A stretch of DNA of 64,000 bases from an uncultured virus (IMG/VR IMGVR_UViG_3300037963_002983) (lineage: Duplodnaviria > Heunggongvirae > Uroviricota > Caudoviricetes): IMG/VR virus record IMGVR_UViG_3300037963_002983; one strand, written 5' to 3'. The position numbers were made by a program, and so were the translations under genes. Below the pieces are notes generated by a model. That model ran no database searches and was not told the DNA's origin. It saw nothing but the letters and a program-made list of their open reading frames with translations. This document shows positions 30,115 to 40,404 of the stretch, piece after piece (positions within the stretch are counted from its first letter, which is position 1; each line of letters opens with the position of its first letter).

Positions 30115-32727
30115 TCACCTAAAGTTTGCCTTGATTAAATATACATGTTCGCTATTAATGCCGTGTGCCTTACTAATGTTATCAAAAGAATCTATCTCAT
30201 TTACTATGCTAACTAGTTCTCCTGCGCTCATATCTAAATTATATTCCTGTTGCATTTTGATTAACATACCTTCTACATGGTCGAAGTTATTTTCATCTCT
30301 AGTAGCATAATGTATTTCTTTTCCTTTCAATATCCTAAGAGAGTCGTGCGCTTCCAATAAACGATAATACAATTCGGACTTTTTCATAGGAGTAAGTTTC
30401 TTAGCCTGTGATAAAAATTCATCAATAATAATGCTTACTTTTTCTTTATCGGTCTTATCTTTTTCACTATCAATTATCCTTTGTTTGTTTTGTTCCAAAG
30501 CATCTACTAAAACAAAAATGGGAGTTATTTCAGTAGCATTATCAATGCCTGTTTTTTCATAGGCTTCTTTTGTATTTTGACCTTCAAATTCCTCAAGAAT
30601 AGTCTTATTAGTTATTTTATTAATTGCGCCAAAAATAGAAGCAATATCTCTATCAATAATTTCCTCCATGCCTTTTTCACTCGCATATATTTCATCAAGG
30701 GATTCTTTGAAATCTCTTGCTAGTTTTACAATGGTTTGTTTCTTATCAATTTTAAAAACTTCTCCTGTATTGAGGGCTTTTAAGAAAGGTATGAGTTGTT
30801 CTAAATTTTTTCTTTTGACAAAACCTGTTTGGGATTTCCTAATCATTTTGCTCATTACCTTATATGGTAAAAACCCGCCCCCTTTTATTTTTCCTTGTCC
30901 CCCTTCAAAGTCAATAATAGAACTAATTATTCTTAGGTGTCCATTTACACTAAAGGGTAATTTTCTACCCACATTCACACTAGGTAAATTCATAGGTGCT
31001 ACAAAAAGTTCTCCTATCATTTCACCAACCGCTACTAATTGTTTCATAACTTTAGTTAGTTCCCTTTTCTTTCCTTCCTTGCCCTTTTGACCGTAAATAT
31101 ATCTTCTTAACCCTAAGCCTGTTTTGGGGTCGGTTTCCATTCCATATTCCGCATCAGTACCTTTTGCCGTTTTTGGTTCTTTACCAAATTGTTCTATATT
31201 CATAAAGACAGAAAATGTTGTTCTAGTTTCTTCTAATAAATCAGCAAATACTCTAAAGAAATCATTTAGAGTTTCTCTCACTTCATCTGCTTTAGAAGAA
31301 TAGTTTGTGTCTTTTCCTTTATACGCTTCCTCTAATTCTTTTTCTTTAAACATAAAAATAGGCAGGTGCATAATTTTTTGGTCGTGACTAGTTATTGCTT
31401 CGTGGGTATCTAATAACCTTTCAAGAAGTTCTTCTCCTGTTTTTCCTTGAAGTAATTTAACTTTCTTTCCATCTCTCATATCTTCAAACATTTCTCTAAG
31501 AGTGTCTTTGAAATCTTCATCGTTAAATACTTCTGCAATTCCTTCTAAGTCTCTTTTCAAATAAAGTATTGTTAGAGGGTCTAAGTTTATTTTATTTCCT
31601 AAATCTTTAACTTTGGCCATTTCATTACTAGTGGCTAAATTTTCTCCTATCGAGCCTCCTCTAATTCTTTTACCTTCACCAGTAACAGTGTCAGTTCCTT
31701 TTATATCAATTCCGCTTTCATCTGTTTTTGTTGCAGTTAATTGTCTTTCAGCCAAAAATTTGTTAATTGCTTTTTGCGCCCTACCCTCAACATCTCCAAC
31801 ATCAATTTCTTTTTGTGGAATTTTCACAACATAGTTTAGATTTTTTAGATTTTCTGTAACGCCTATAAAATTTTCAAGGTCTTGTTGAAAATTTTCATCG
31901 GGTGCTTTTCTAATTTTTTTGAGTTCTTCTACTAATTTTTCTACTTTTTTTATGAATCCGTTTTCGCTTTCATCTTCAAACTTATCATATATTTCTTTCC
32001 AATAATCATAGATAGCCCCTCTCTTGTTTAAATCATCCATTGAAGTCTTATCGAAAATATTAGTTAAATCCAAATTAATATATTCTATTGTTTCATCTTC
32101 TTCTTCGGCATACTTTTCTTCTATTGCGGAAATTAACTTATTGACATTCTTTTTGTAGATGCGAGCATTAGAACTTGTCATTGAATTTAATAGTGCGGGA
32201 GTGCCTTCATACATTCTAAAAGGTCTTTTATTAGTAGAAGTAAACGGTACAATTGAATCCTTATCAACATCAAATTTCTTTCTCTTAAATGAAGATAATG
32301 TAATAGAATCGCCCGTATTAGAAAGTTTTACTGCTTGTTGCCCCTTAGCCCCTAAATTAATTTTCATTTTTTCCAGTATTTGTTCTAGATGGGCTTCATC
32401 TTTTTGCACCGCACTATCAGCCACTGTAGCAACTGGCTTTGTTTTAGTAAAGTGTTCATAGATAGAATCTAAGATAGTGTTTTTAGCATTTTTTCTTTCA
32501 ATGCCACTTAACTCTTTTAAATCCACTAACGCTCTATCTTTTATAGCCCGTTTATAATCGGCACTTTTCTTAAATCTACTTAATGTCTGTTCCTTTACTT
32601 TGCTTTGGTCTGTTTCTCCTGTTATCCTAACAAGTCCATCGGTTTGGTATAAGGAATAAGACTCTTGAAAGGCATCTCTTACTTCTCTAAAAAAAGCATC
32701 TTCATTTTTAATATATTGATTCGCCAT
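30115..32727 (-). CDS. Large hypothetical protein (possibly virion-associated)
   Basis: 870 aa ORF. Confidence 0.6.
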   Translation of the reverse strand: MANQYIKNEDAFFREVRDAFQESYSLYQTDGLVRITGETDQSKVKEQTLSRFKKSADYKRAIKDRALVDLKELSGIERKNAKNTILDSIYEHFTKTKPVATVADSAVQKDEAHLEQILEKMKINLGAKGQQAVKLSNTGDSITLSSFKRKKFDVDKDSIVPFTSTNKRPFRMYEGTPALLNSMTSSNARIYKKNVNKLISAIEEKYAEEEDETIEYINLDLTNIFDKTSMDDLNKRGAIYDYWKEIYDKFEDESENGFIKKVEKLVEELKKIRKAPDENFQQDLENFIGVTENLKNLNYVVKIPQKEIDVGDVEGRAQKAINKFLAERQLTATKTDESGIDIKGTDTVTGEGKRIRGGSIGENLATSNEMAKVKDLGNKINLDPLTILYLKRDLEGIAEVFNDEDFKDTLREMFEDMRDGKKVKLLQGKTGEELLERLLDTHEAITSHDQKIMHLPIFMFKEKELEEAYKGKDTNYSSKADEVRETLNDFFRVFADLLEETRTTFSVFMNIEQFGKEPKTAKGTDAEYGMETDPKTGLGLRRYIYGQKGKEGKKRELTKVMKQLVAVGEMIGELFVAPMNLPSVNVGRKLPFSVNGHLRIISSIIDFEGGQGKIKGGGFLPYKVMSKMIRKSQTGFVKRKNLEQLIPFLKALNTGEVFKIDKKQTIVKLARDFKESLDEIYASEKGMEEIIDRDIASIFGAINKITNKTILEEFEGQNTKEAYEKTGIDNATEITPIFVLVDALEQNKQRIIDSEKDKTDKEKVSIIIDEFLSQAKKLTPMKKSELYYRLLEAHDSLRILKGKEIHYATRDENNFDHVEGMLIKMQQEYNLDMSAGELVSIVNEIDSFDNISKAHGINSEHVYLIKANFR

Positions 32728-32728
32728 A

Positions 32729-34903
32729 TTATTCCCCCTTTATCTCTAATAGTTGTTTATCGGTTAATCTGTTGAGAAGACTCTTAGGTATGGATTTAGG
32801 ATTTTGTGCTTTTTCGTCTAACATCTTTTTTAATTTATCCTTAAAAGCAGTTCTTATTTTTATAAGGTTTTTCTCAACTTCACTAGCAATCTCACTTATT
32901 AGGGATTTGTCTTTTGTTGATAAACTTTTCTTTGAAAATTGTTTTTTGCCCTCAAGTAATTCTTCTAGTTTATTTTTCAAACCTTCATCGTCTAAATATA
33001 AATGTGCTATTGAGAATAAGTAGGCAAAGCCTTCTCTAGTAGTTAATCTTCTACCAAAATAATTTGTTAAATCTCCACCAGTAGGTATCAATTCATCCTT
33101 AATGTCTTTAGTTTTCTTCTTCGATAATAGATATTCAAAGAATGCTTTTTCGGATGGTTTAGAAAAAGTAACTTCTGTTTCAATTTCACCTGCTATTATT
33201 TCTTCATTATCGGATAATTCGTCTTCATCAAAAACATCGTTTTCATCAAAAGCATATTTTAGCATAGCATTAACAAAGGAAATTATTTTCTTATTACTAG
33301 TGCGGAGTTTATCTTTATCTGCCATGCGAACAAGACCGGCATTTAATTTTTGTTCGGGAGTATCGTATTCTTCCTGTGGATATATGTTTAATTTTCCACC
33401 ATCCATAAAAGGAGCATAAAGTTTTGGGTAAGTAAGTAAATTTTCCGAATCGAATATATCTTCAATATCTTCGGTATCATATTGTTCGACTCCACTCACT
33501 TTATCGGATTCATCTATCCTGCCTTTGTATGCAGTTGCCGTTTTTTCAGTAATTCTTTCTACCGCTACTGAAAAAGCATCACCACTACTACTACTAAATA
33601 GATTCTTTAATGTTGGGTGATAATAAAGTCTTTTATGGCCACTAGTAGCCTCATACAGTTGTAATTTTTGACTATCTTTGCTCGGTGGCCCTAATTTAAA
33701 ACTAAAATAATCCTTTAAATTTGAAACTTTAGCCTTTCTTGAGCCTTCTACTAACTCAAAATACTTCTCTATTGTGTTTTCGTTTATGTCTGCTGACTCA
33801 AAGGAAAGTTCTTCTCCAACATCAAAATTTATAGTTTCAATAACTTTTTTGTCTTTTTTATCTAGTATTTCTCTAAGAAGTGGCATATCTTCAAAATATA
33901 CTATCTTTAATTTGTATTTTTTTGCTATATCATCGTCTTTGAATCTTAATTCCTCTTGAAGAACTGTTCTTTCTTCTTTGCTTGCGCTTCTTGGGGTGCG
34001 TTTACCATCAGCAAAGTCTAGTTTCTTAGGCCATGTTCTTCTAACTTCTTTTTTTGTTGTTGTATGTGTATAAATGTACTTAGACATGCCTTTAATCCAC
34101 GGTTTTTTATGTGCTTCAAGGTCAAATCCCTCAATTGGAACAAGTTTTTCATAAGTACTAAAAGATTCGTTGCTAGAAGTTAAATATTGATTATTATCGG
34201 AAGTTTTGGTAAAACCTGCAATATTTTTAGGTAATTTTACTCCAAATGTACCTATTCCTATGATTAATTTCATAATATTAAACTGCATTTTCTTGGGGTT
34301 GTCAAAATCTTTAAGAGTAGAAACTGCTTGAGGGCCTTTTTTCTTATCTTCTTTAATATCCCCTGTATTTTCTTTAAAAATAGCGATAATTTTTCTTAAA
34401 TTTTTAGAACCTATGTCTTTTTTAACCCTATCTATCTTATTTTTCTTACTCATACTGTAATTATTATATTTTTTCATCAAAATTTTGTAAAATTCATCTA
34501 AATTTGGGTTTTTACTGTTGATAAATTTAGCCACTTGGCCTTCAAAATCTAATTTTGGCCTTCCCTTCTTCTGTCTTCCTATGTCAAACTCCAAAACTTT
34601 ACTAAATCTCTCAAATATTTTTTCTTTAGCCTGTTTTCTTTCGTTTCTTGGCACATCTGCGACATGTTTTTCATATGCTTCGGGAAAATTACTGCTAAAT
34701 AAACCCAAAAATGAATCTAAATCGTCATAATTAATACTACCTGTGTCTAAATTAGCGAATTTTGAAAATATTTGCTCTTTTGTTTCGGGAATGAAATCTG
34801 CTTTTCTTCCTGTTGCGCTTTCTTTTGTTAGCATATTACGATATGTATCGTCTTGCATTAAGAAATCCCAAAATAAATCTACAGTGGGAGCATAAGTAGG
34901 CAT
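32729..34903 (-). CDS. Large hypothetical protein
   Basis: 724 aa ORF. Confidence 0.6.
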   Translation of the reverse strand: MPTYAPTVDLFWDFLMQDDTYRNMLTKESATGRKADFIPETKEQIFSKFANLDTGSINYDDLDSFLGLFSSNFPEAYEKHVADVPRNERKQAKEKIFERFSKVLEFDIGRQKKGRPKLDFEGQVAKFINSKNPNLDEFYKILMKKYNNYSMSKKNKIDRVKKDIGSKNLRKIIAIFKENTGDIKEDKKKGPQAVSTLKDFDNPKKMQFNIMKLIIGIGTFGVKLPKNIAGFTKTSDNNQYLTSSNESFSTYEKLVPIEGFDLEAHKKPWIKGMSKYIYTHTTTKKEVRRTWPKKLDFADGKRTPRSASKEERTVLQEELRFKDDDIAKKYKLKIVYFEDMPLLREILDKKDKKVIETINFDVGEELSFESADINENTIEKYFELVEGSRKAKVSNLKDYFSFKLGPPSKDSQKLQLYEATSGHKRLYYHPTLKNLFSSSSGDAFSVAVERITEKTATAYKGRIDESDKVSGVEQYDTEDIEDIFDSENLLTYPKLYAPFMDGGKLNIYPQEEYDTPEQKLNAGLVRMADKDKLRTSNKKIISFVNAMLKYAFDENDVFDEDELSDNEEIIAGEIETEVTFSKPSEKAFFEYLLSKKKTKDIKDELIPTGGDLTNYFGRRLTTREGFAYLFSIAHLYLDDEGLKNKLEELLEGKKQFSKKSLSTKDKSLISEIASEVEKNLIKIRTAFKDKLKKMLDEKAQNPKSIPKSLLNRLTDKQLLEIKGE

Positions 34904-34917
34904 AGCAATCTACTCCT

Positions 34918-35190
34918 TCATATTTCGCCAAGTATTCTTTTTAGTTCAAAAGCAAATTTTTCATCATCTATAGAAAACTCTTTTTGTTTATCCATCCTAT
35001 AGAGTTGATTTTTAATCCACGCTCTAACAAACTCATCATCAGTCATAGGCTTACTGCCCATTCTATCATAGGTGTCTTTAGCCCCTTCAAGAAACTCCAC
35101 TCCATCACCGAATCTATCATCTATTACTTTAACCAATAGTGCATATTTTTCCGAAGGGAAATCCCTTTTTACTATATCTTTCCAACTCAT
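34918..35190 (-). CDS. W-tagged hypothetical protein
   Basis: MSWKDIVK. Confidence 0.6.
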   Translation of the reverse strand: MSWKDIVKRDFPSEKYALLVKVIDDRFGDGVEFLEGAKDTYDRMGSKPMTDDEFVRAWIKNQLYRMDKQKEFSIDDEKFAFELKRILGEI

Positions 35191-35534
35191 TGTAATTTCT
35201 CCAATTTTCTAATGTAATCTTCTACCCGTTTTATAACTCCGTCAGTATTAACACCATGAGAAACCATAAACATCTCATCTACAAGTCCTTCGTGAAAATA
35301 CGGCCCACTTTTATGTCCTTTAGCATCTTCTAGCAATTCTTTAGCCATTTCCATTTCAAAATCTAAAAGTCCATCAAAATCATTATATCCCAATTCTTCA
35401 AGGTCAAGCCCCCCTTGTCTTATATCATCAACTAATTCCGCATCATCGGGGTCATTAGACAGACTATAATATTCTACCATTATTTCATAAAGTTTTTCAA
35501 GTTTATCTTCTTTTAATATATCCTTCCAACTCAT
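35187..35534 (-). CDS. W-tagged acidic protein
   Basis: MSWKDILK; D/E-rich. Confidence 0.6.
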   Translation of the reverse strand: MSWKDILKEDKLEKLYEIMVEYYSLSNDPDDAELVDDIRQGGLDLEELGYNDFDGLLDFEMEMAKELLEDAKGHKSGPYFHEGLVDEMFMVSHGVNTDGVIKRVEDYIRKLEKLQ

Positions 35535-35546
35535 TGTAATTTCTCC

Positions 35547-35825
35547 TTAAATTCTATTTGTTCTATCCATTTGTTGTTGTCGTTGTTCGTTTAAATTTTT
35601 TGCTTTTGTTAAATTATCCATAGAAATTTTTAATAAGTCCATCATTTTTCTATTAACATCCATTGTTGATTTTAGAGGTTGTGCGGAAGGTATTGTTCCT
35701 CCTTGTCTTACTAACCTTTCAAGATTTTCATTTTCTTTTTGTAATTGACTTGCGATATTTCTTCTTAATTGAATAGATTTTTCAAAATCAAATAATTCCT
35801 GCTTAACTATATCTTCCCAACTCAT
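35547..35825 (-). CDS. W-tagged coiled-coil protein
   Basis: MSWEDIVK after a GGAG RBS. Confidence 0.6.
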   Translation of the reverse strand: MSWEDIVKQELFDFEKSIQLRRNIASQLQKENENLERLVRQGGTIPSAQPLKSTMDVNRKMMDLLKISMDNLTKAKNLNEQRQQQMDRTNRI

Positions 35826-35841
35826 TGTAATTTCTCCTGCA

Positions 35842-36078
35842 TTAACGGTCTGCTCTATATTGCGGGTCAAATAACAGTTCTTCCAATGTTCTTAAAGCCT
35901 CAAAGGGTTCATTACCCGTAAGTTCATTTTTCATTATTTCATATAATTCATTTGCGGCCATTTGAAGTCTTTTACTAACTTCATCTTGTTTCTTTTTGTA
36001 TTCTTTATCATAACCAACAAAAATATCCGATAGTTTATTAGGTCTTTTTCTTTTTATAATTTCTTCTTTCCAACTCAT
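35842..36078 (-). CDS. W-tagged hypothetical protein
   Basis: MSWKEEIIK. Confidence 0.55.
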   Translation of the reverse strand: MSWKEEIIKRKRPNKLSDIFVGYDKEYKKKQDEVSKRLQMAANELYEIMKNELTGNEPFEALRTLEELLFDPQYRADR

Positions 36079-36095
36079 TGTAATTTCTCCTGCAT

Positions 36096-36740
36096 CTAAA
36101 AGTATTTCTCCAACATAAACTTTATGTGATTTATTGCTTCTTTATTATTTGCTTGTTCTTGAGTATCGGCCAATAGTTGTTTTGTTTTAGAATCATTATT
36201 CTCTAATTTTTCTATTATATCTAATGCTAAAGCCTTAACTCTATTACTAGGAACTTCTTTGAAATCTAATTTATCGTGGTCTTTTGTTCGGTAAATAGCA
36301 GAAGCAGGTAATCCTTCTTTTTTGGGTTTTCTTCTAATATCTAATCCCATTATTCCGCTATCATAATCTAAATTCACCATTTCTTTTTTTGGTAATAGTT
36401 GAATTAATCTTGGCTTTCCTTTATCCTTAAATCGCAACTCATGGTCGGATTCATGCCACCCTAAAAAAGCATAAATGGTTGATTGATGGATATTAGGAGA
36501 AAAATACTTGCTAACATATTCTTCTAATTCTTCATCATATTCTTGCTCTATGTTTTTTATTTCATCACCTTGAAATCCATGATATAATTTAGAGTAAGTT
36601 ATATTAGGAAATGGCCTACTATGTGGTATATTTTTTCTATTTAATTCTTCAATCAATTCTTTACCTTTAGGGCTTCTATCATATTCATATTGTTCCCCGC
36701 CTACTCTATATGGGGATTTAAGAATAGATTGCCAACTCAT
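36096..36740 (-). CDS. W-tagged ADP-ribosyltransferase-like protein
   Basis: MSWQSILK; LYHG...YFSPNIHQSTIYA resembles ART strand motifs. Confidence 0.45.
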   Translation of the reverse strand: MSWQSILKSPYRVGGEQYEYDRSPKGKELIEELNRKNIPHSRPFPNITYSKLYHGFQGDEIKNIEQEYDEELEEYVSKYFSPNIHQSTIYAFLGWHESDHELRFKDKGKPRLIQLLPKKEMVNLDYDSGIMGLDIRRKPKKEGLPASAIYRTKDHDKLDFKEVPSNRVKALALDIIEKLENNDSKTKQLLADTQEQANNKEAINHIKFMLEKYF

Positions 36741-37393
36741 TGTAACTTCTCCTGCATTCTTTTCTTAATGTCTAGCCAAATTTGAGGATTGTTTTCAGCA
36801 AGCACTTCTTGGACAACTTGCATCTGTGCAAATATAACTGTGTCCTGTCTCTTATGTATAAGTTTGCCCTTAAACTCCATGAGATATTTTAATGACTCTC
36901 TAACTTCTTTCGCAAGTTTAGTTAGACTATCTATCTCTCTAGGCTCTAAATCAATATCATTAAACAAATCATTCAACTTACTATCGAGCCTTTGTATGTT
37001 AGCACTTAGTAAATCAATCTCATTAACTTCTTTCTTTGCTATAATAACGGCTGCGGATTCTTGAACAAGTGGTGCTAAGTGATGTTTCATATGTCTTTGA
37101 ATTTGCTCTTTTGTTGTTCCTAGTGCTTCGGCAATAGCCTCACTTGTAATGTCACCATTCGACAAACTTTCTTCATAGTGTTTTCTCATTGGGTCGGTGC
37201 ATAATACACACTTAGGATTACTACTATTTACATAATCTCCCATGTGGTTTCTCTGATGTTGCGCTGCCGTTCCACTTCTCCAATTATGGGTTCTATCTAA
37301 ATCATCACAACTTACTGAACCTTGTTCAAGAGCCTCTTCTAATTCCTCTCTATCTTCATGTTGGCAAAAACCACAACGCTTTCTTGTTACCAC
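36737..37393 (-). CDS. Zn/HTH DNA-binding protein, candidate terminase small subunit
   Basis: Two CxxC...HxxxH HTH-like repeats followed by a coiled coil. Confidence 0.45.
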   Translation of the reverse strand: MVTRKRCGFCQHEDREELEEALEQGSVSCDDLDRTHNWRSGTAAQHQRNHMGDYVNSSNPKCVLCTDPMRKHYEESLSNGDITSEAIAEALGTTKEQIQRHMKHHLAPLVQESAAVIIAKKEVNEIDLLSANIQRLDSKLNDLFNDIDLEPREIDSLTKLAKEVRESLKYLMEFKGKLIHKRQDTVIFAQMQVVQEVLAENNPQIWLDIKKRMQEKLQ

Positions 37394-37402
37394 ACTATCG
37401 CC

Positions 37403-37642
37403 TCATTCAATATATTCGGGATTATCCACTTCTAATTTTCTTGATATAATTTTTTCCATATACCTGTGTAGCATTTCTAAATGCTCTATTATTGGCTTGT
37501 CCGACTTATCTTGTTTATTTTCAATAGCACTTATCGCCATATTCAATCTCTCGGCCATTCCTCTAATAATATCAATCATATCATCTGCATTAACTGTATT
37601 AGTTTTTTTATCTACTAGGTTTTTTAATATGCCTTTCCACAT
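37403..37642 (-). CDS. W-tagged hypothetical protein
   Basis: MWKGILKN. Confidence 0.55.
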   Translation of the reverse strand: MWKGILKNLVDKKTNTVNADDMIDIIRGMAERLNMAISAIENKQDKSDKPIIEHLEMLHRYMEKIISRKLEVDNPEYIE

Positions 37643-37646
37643 TTTA

Positions 37647-38822
37647 TCAACCCCATAAATATTCATGCCAAGATTTCTTTACATTATCTTCCGTTTCTTG
37701 AGGAACTTTTAGTCCTTTAACATTTAGATAATCTCCCCATCTTAATTTCTTTGACTTTCCTTTACCAACTACTGCAACAATCAATGAAGCCATCGCTTGC
37801 CTTTGAAAAGGCTTCAAGGTAAAGTATTTTATTTCTCCGGCGGGAACTTCTTCTAATCCCCCTATTCTAGCCAACAATTCTTTTTCTGTTGTAGCATATT
37901 TAACTCCTTTAGTTCTACCGGATATAGTGAATCTCATGCCTTGAAAACTCGCAGCCATTTTATTTAGATTAGGTCTTCCACCCTTACTAAACAAATCCTT
38001 TCTGTTTAGCAAACTAAATACATGTTTTCTAATTGAAGTAAAGTTGCTTAGTAGTGAAGGTCGCCTAACCAAAACATCAATGTTTTCTACTCCTTTATTT
38101 AATTCAGCAATAGCAATATCAATTACATCTTTAAGCCCAATCTTTACTAAGTTTCCTCTACCAAACAATGCTTGAGCCAAAGGAGGATTTGCAGTATTCT
38201 TAGATTTGCTATACCATGTTTCGGGTGCTTGTTTTGCATCGGGGTATTTTGTCTTAAACCATTTATTTGCATAGTGTCCATAATAAACTTCTTTGCTTTC
38301 TTCACCACTTCCCAAGTTATTTCCTTTGTTGTCAAATTTCTTAGGAGACTTAAATGTAATATTTCTAGGATTCAGCGTACTGTTAGGTTCAGCATACTTA
38401 TCTATTTTTTTCTTGAATGCTTCCAAGTCTTCTCTATGTTCTTCTGTTAAAAAACCAACATCGGGAAAATCTTTCATAAATTGCTGAATGTCTTTTAACA
38501 AAGTAAATGTTCCTGTTCCTCCCTTATTAGGAGAATTATCTCTTCTGTAAGAACTTGTAACATGTTGTTCTAGTTGAGCATAGAGATTATCGGGGTGTGG
38601 CTTTCCACTCTTAGTATCAATTTGACCCTTCTTCTTGCCTTCTCTTTCTCTTCGTATTTTTCTGCCTTCGCTTAACAAACGCTTGCTTGAAATGCTTTGG
38701 CATTTTTTCTTCCACTTATTATATTCATCTATGAATTTATATGTGCCATTAATGGTAATGTCATTTCCTTTCAAACTAATTACTGCTTTCTTTGCTATTT
38801 TTATCCCTCCTCTTTTTACCAT
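37647..38822 (-). CDS. Basic hypothetical protein
   Basis: 391 aa; ends KKSWHEYLWG; start uncertain. Confidence 0.55.
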   Translation of the reverse strand: MVKRGGIKIAKKAVISLKGNDITINGTYKFIDEYNKWKKKCQSISSKRLLSEGRKIRREREGKKKGQIDTKSGKPHPDNLYAQLEQHVTSSYRRDNSPNKGGTGTFTLLKDIQQFMKDFPDVGFLTEEHREDLEAFKKKIDKYAEPNSTLNPRNITFKSPKKFDNKGNNLGSGEESKEVYYGHYANKWFKTKYPDAKQAPETWYSKSKNTANPPLAQALFGRGNLVKIGLKDVIDIAIAELNKGVENIDVLVRRPSLLSNFTSIRKHVFSLLNRKDLFSKGGRPNLNKMAASFQGMRFTISGRTKGVKYATTEKELLARIGGLEEVPAGEIKYFTLKPFQRQAMASLIVAVVGKGKSKKLRWGDYLNVKGLKVPQETEDNVKKSWHEYLWG

Positions 38823-39192
38823 ATCTTATGTTGAATAGTTCGGGGTTAGTTCCATGACCGCCAAATGAAACTCCTCCTGCTTCTTTTTCAAAAGTATCTT
38901 TTTCAAGTAAAGACCTCTTTCTTTTTTCCCCTGCTTCGCCTAATTTAATCGCTTCTTTGGTAGAAAGTTTTACTTCTTGGTCTGTTATGTCTTTTTCTTG
39001 TCTTGATTTAGTATGATGTGGTTGAAATGGTGGCATTCTCCTATTAATTTTCCCTGTCCGATATAGTTTTTTTTCATCAACGGGAACATAATAATTATCA
39101 TCACCCTTCGACCCGTTGAATTTATACAATACACCATTTAATTCTACAAAAGGCGGTGCTTTCATATTCTTTAATATGCTTTTCCAATTCAT
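38776..39192 (-). CDS. W-tagged hypothetical protein
   Basis: MNWKSILK. Confidence 0.55.
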   Translation of the reverse strand: MNWKSILKNMKAPPFVELNGVLYKFNGSKGDDNYYVPVDEKKLYRTGKINRRMPPFQPHHTKSRQEKDITDQEVKLSTKEAIKLGEAGEKRKRSLLEKDTFEKEAGGVSFGGHGTNPELFNIRYGKKRRDKNSKESSN

Positions 39193-39193
39193 A

Positions 39194-39421
39194 TCAAGCC
39201 CTCGCTAAACTTCCAAGTATTCTCTTAATGCTATCCATAGTAGTCTTATGCGCTCTATGATATTCTCCGGCTAAGTTTTTAAACTCTTCACCATCAATCA
39301 TTTCTTCACCATGAAACTTTCTAACTATTTCATCTAATTCTTTTAAAATATCTCTTTGCTTGCCAAAGTTATCAATGGCATTTTGCGTAGTTTGACGCTT
39401 TAGAATAGTTTGCCATGTCAC
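39194..39421 (-). CDS. W-tagged hypothetical protein
   Basis: GTG start; TWQTILK. Confidence 0.55.
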   Translation of the reverse strand: MTWQTILKRQTTQNAIDNFGKQRDILKELDEIVRKFHGEEMIDGEEFKNLAGEYHRAHKTTMDSIKRILGSLARA

Positions 39422-39432
39422 AATTAACTCTC

Positions 39433-39735
39433 CTAATCAAGTTTGTTTTCTCTTTTTACTGTTTCTTCTATAATCTCTTCCAAAGTTTCTAGTTCGTCTA
39501 TCACTCTAATGAAATTTTTCATGAAACCTATTATATGTTTGCGTTCATATTCTAGCCTCTTTTGAAAATTTTGTTCTTTGGGAGAAGGATTTTTTACTTT
39601 ATCCCAAAACTCAATAGTTTCTCTAACCCTCCTTAACCTATAATCTAAAAACTTACGCAGTTCTTTAGCACTTGAAAATAATTCATCTATTTCTTTTTCC
39701 GATTTAAAATCTTTTAATATATCTCCCCAACTCAT
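39433..39735 (-). CDS. W-tagged hypothetical protein
   Basis: MSWGDILK. Confidence 0.55.
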   Translation of the reverse strand: MSWGDILKDFKSEKEIDELFSSAKELRKFLDYRLRRVRETIEFWDKVKNPSPKEQNFQKRLEYERKHIIGFMKNFIRVIDELETLEEIIEETVKRENKLD

Positions 39736-39839
39736 TTCTTATCACCTGTTATCAAATCTTTCTTTTGTTTGCTTTCTGCCTCATCTAATTCCTTTGATTT
39801 TGCATCAAACCAACTATCTAAGTAATTACACCTTGTCAT
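39732..39839 (-). CDS. 35 aa peptide (not in the ORF track)
   Basis: MTRCNYLDSWFDAKSKELDEAESKQKKDLITGDKK with AGGTGA RBS. Confidence 0.45.
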   Translation of the reverse strand: MTRCNYLDSWFDAKSKELDEAESKQKKDLITGDKK

Positions 39840-39840
39840 A

Positions 39841-40143
39841 TTATTCACCTTCAACAATTCTTTTTACATTGTTTAACATTGTATTCTTTACTATTTCATA
39901 CAGTCTTTTATCTTTAATAAAAAATGGAGTAATAATTATTGTGTATTTTTTTCCTAGCCATTCCGATGAGTAATATAAATTTGCCTCTCTAAGTAATTTA
40001 ATAATTTTTATCATATCATCACTTCTCGCAAATTCATCATCAATATACGCAGTATAAACTCGCTTATTGTTAGGGTCGCCAGTGCGCTCGCCTTCTTCTA
40101 TCTTAAACTCAATTTTTTGTTTAAGAATATCTTCCCATGTCAT
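39841..40143 (-). CDS. W-tagged hypothetical protein
   Basis: MTWEDILK. Confidence 0.55.
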   Translation of the reverse strand: MTWEDILKQKIEFKIEEGERTGDPNNKRVYTAYIDDEFARSDDMIKIIKLLREANLYYSSEWLGKKYTIIITPFFIKDKRLYEIVKNTMLNNVKRIVEGE

Positions 40144-40152
40144 ATTATTCAC

Positions 40153-40395
40153 CTATTCATATAATTCATATAATGCTTCTATATCAGTAAACTTCTCTAA
40201 TAGGTTAATAGCGGCTTTTGCTAAAGGTCTAGCATCTACATATTCCGTATGTTTCCCATGTCTATTTACAACCATTTTTCCTTCTTTCTCCTCGCTCATA
40301 ATATAAATTATACCATCAACATAATGTTTAACTTTATTTAGAACAGTGATGGGTTTTTCAGGTATGTTCTTTTTAATCTCATCTTTCCATGTCAT
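40153..40395 (-). CDS. W-tagged hypothetical protein
   Basis: MTWKDEIK. Confidence 0.55.
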   Translation of the reverse strand: MTWKDEIKKNIPEKPITVLNKVKHYVDGIIYIMSEEKEGKMVVNRHGKHTEYVDARPLAKAAINLLEKFTDIEALYELYE

Positions 40396-40404
40396 ATTAT
40401 TCAC

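Larger units (their letters stand above)
35182..36757 (-). repeat. Five copies of the junction repeat (ATGCA)GGAGAA[A/G]TTACAATGAGTTGG
   Basis: At 35182-35202, 35526-35546, 35817-35842, 36070-36095 and 36732-36757. Confidence 0.9.

Noticed and set aside
555..38838. Many plus-strand ORFs of 60-190 aa opposite the structural genes
   Set aside because: Antisense shadows of Lys/Glu-rich genes (Ser/Phe/Leu-rich, no RBS)
40150..40160. ACCTATTCAT match outside the RNA array
   Set aside because: Explained by a minus-strand Glu codon, stop codon and GGTGA RBS
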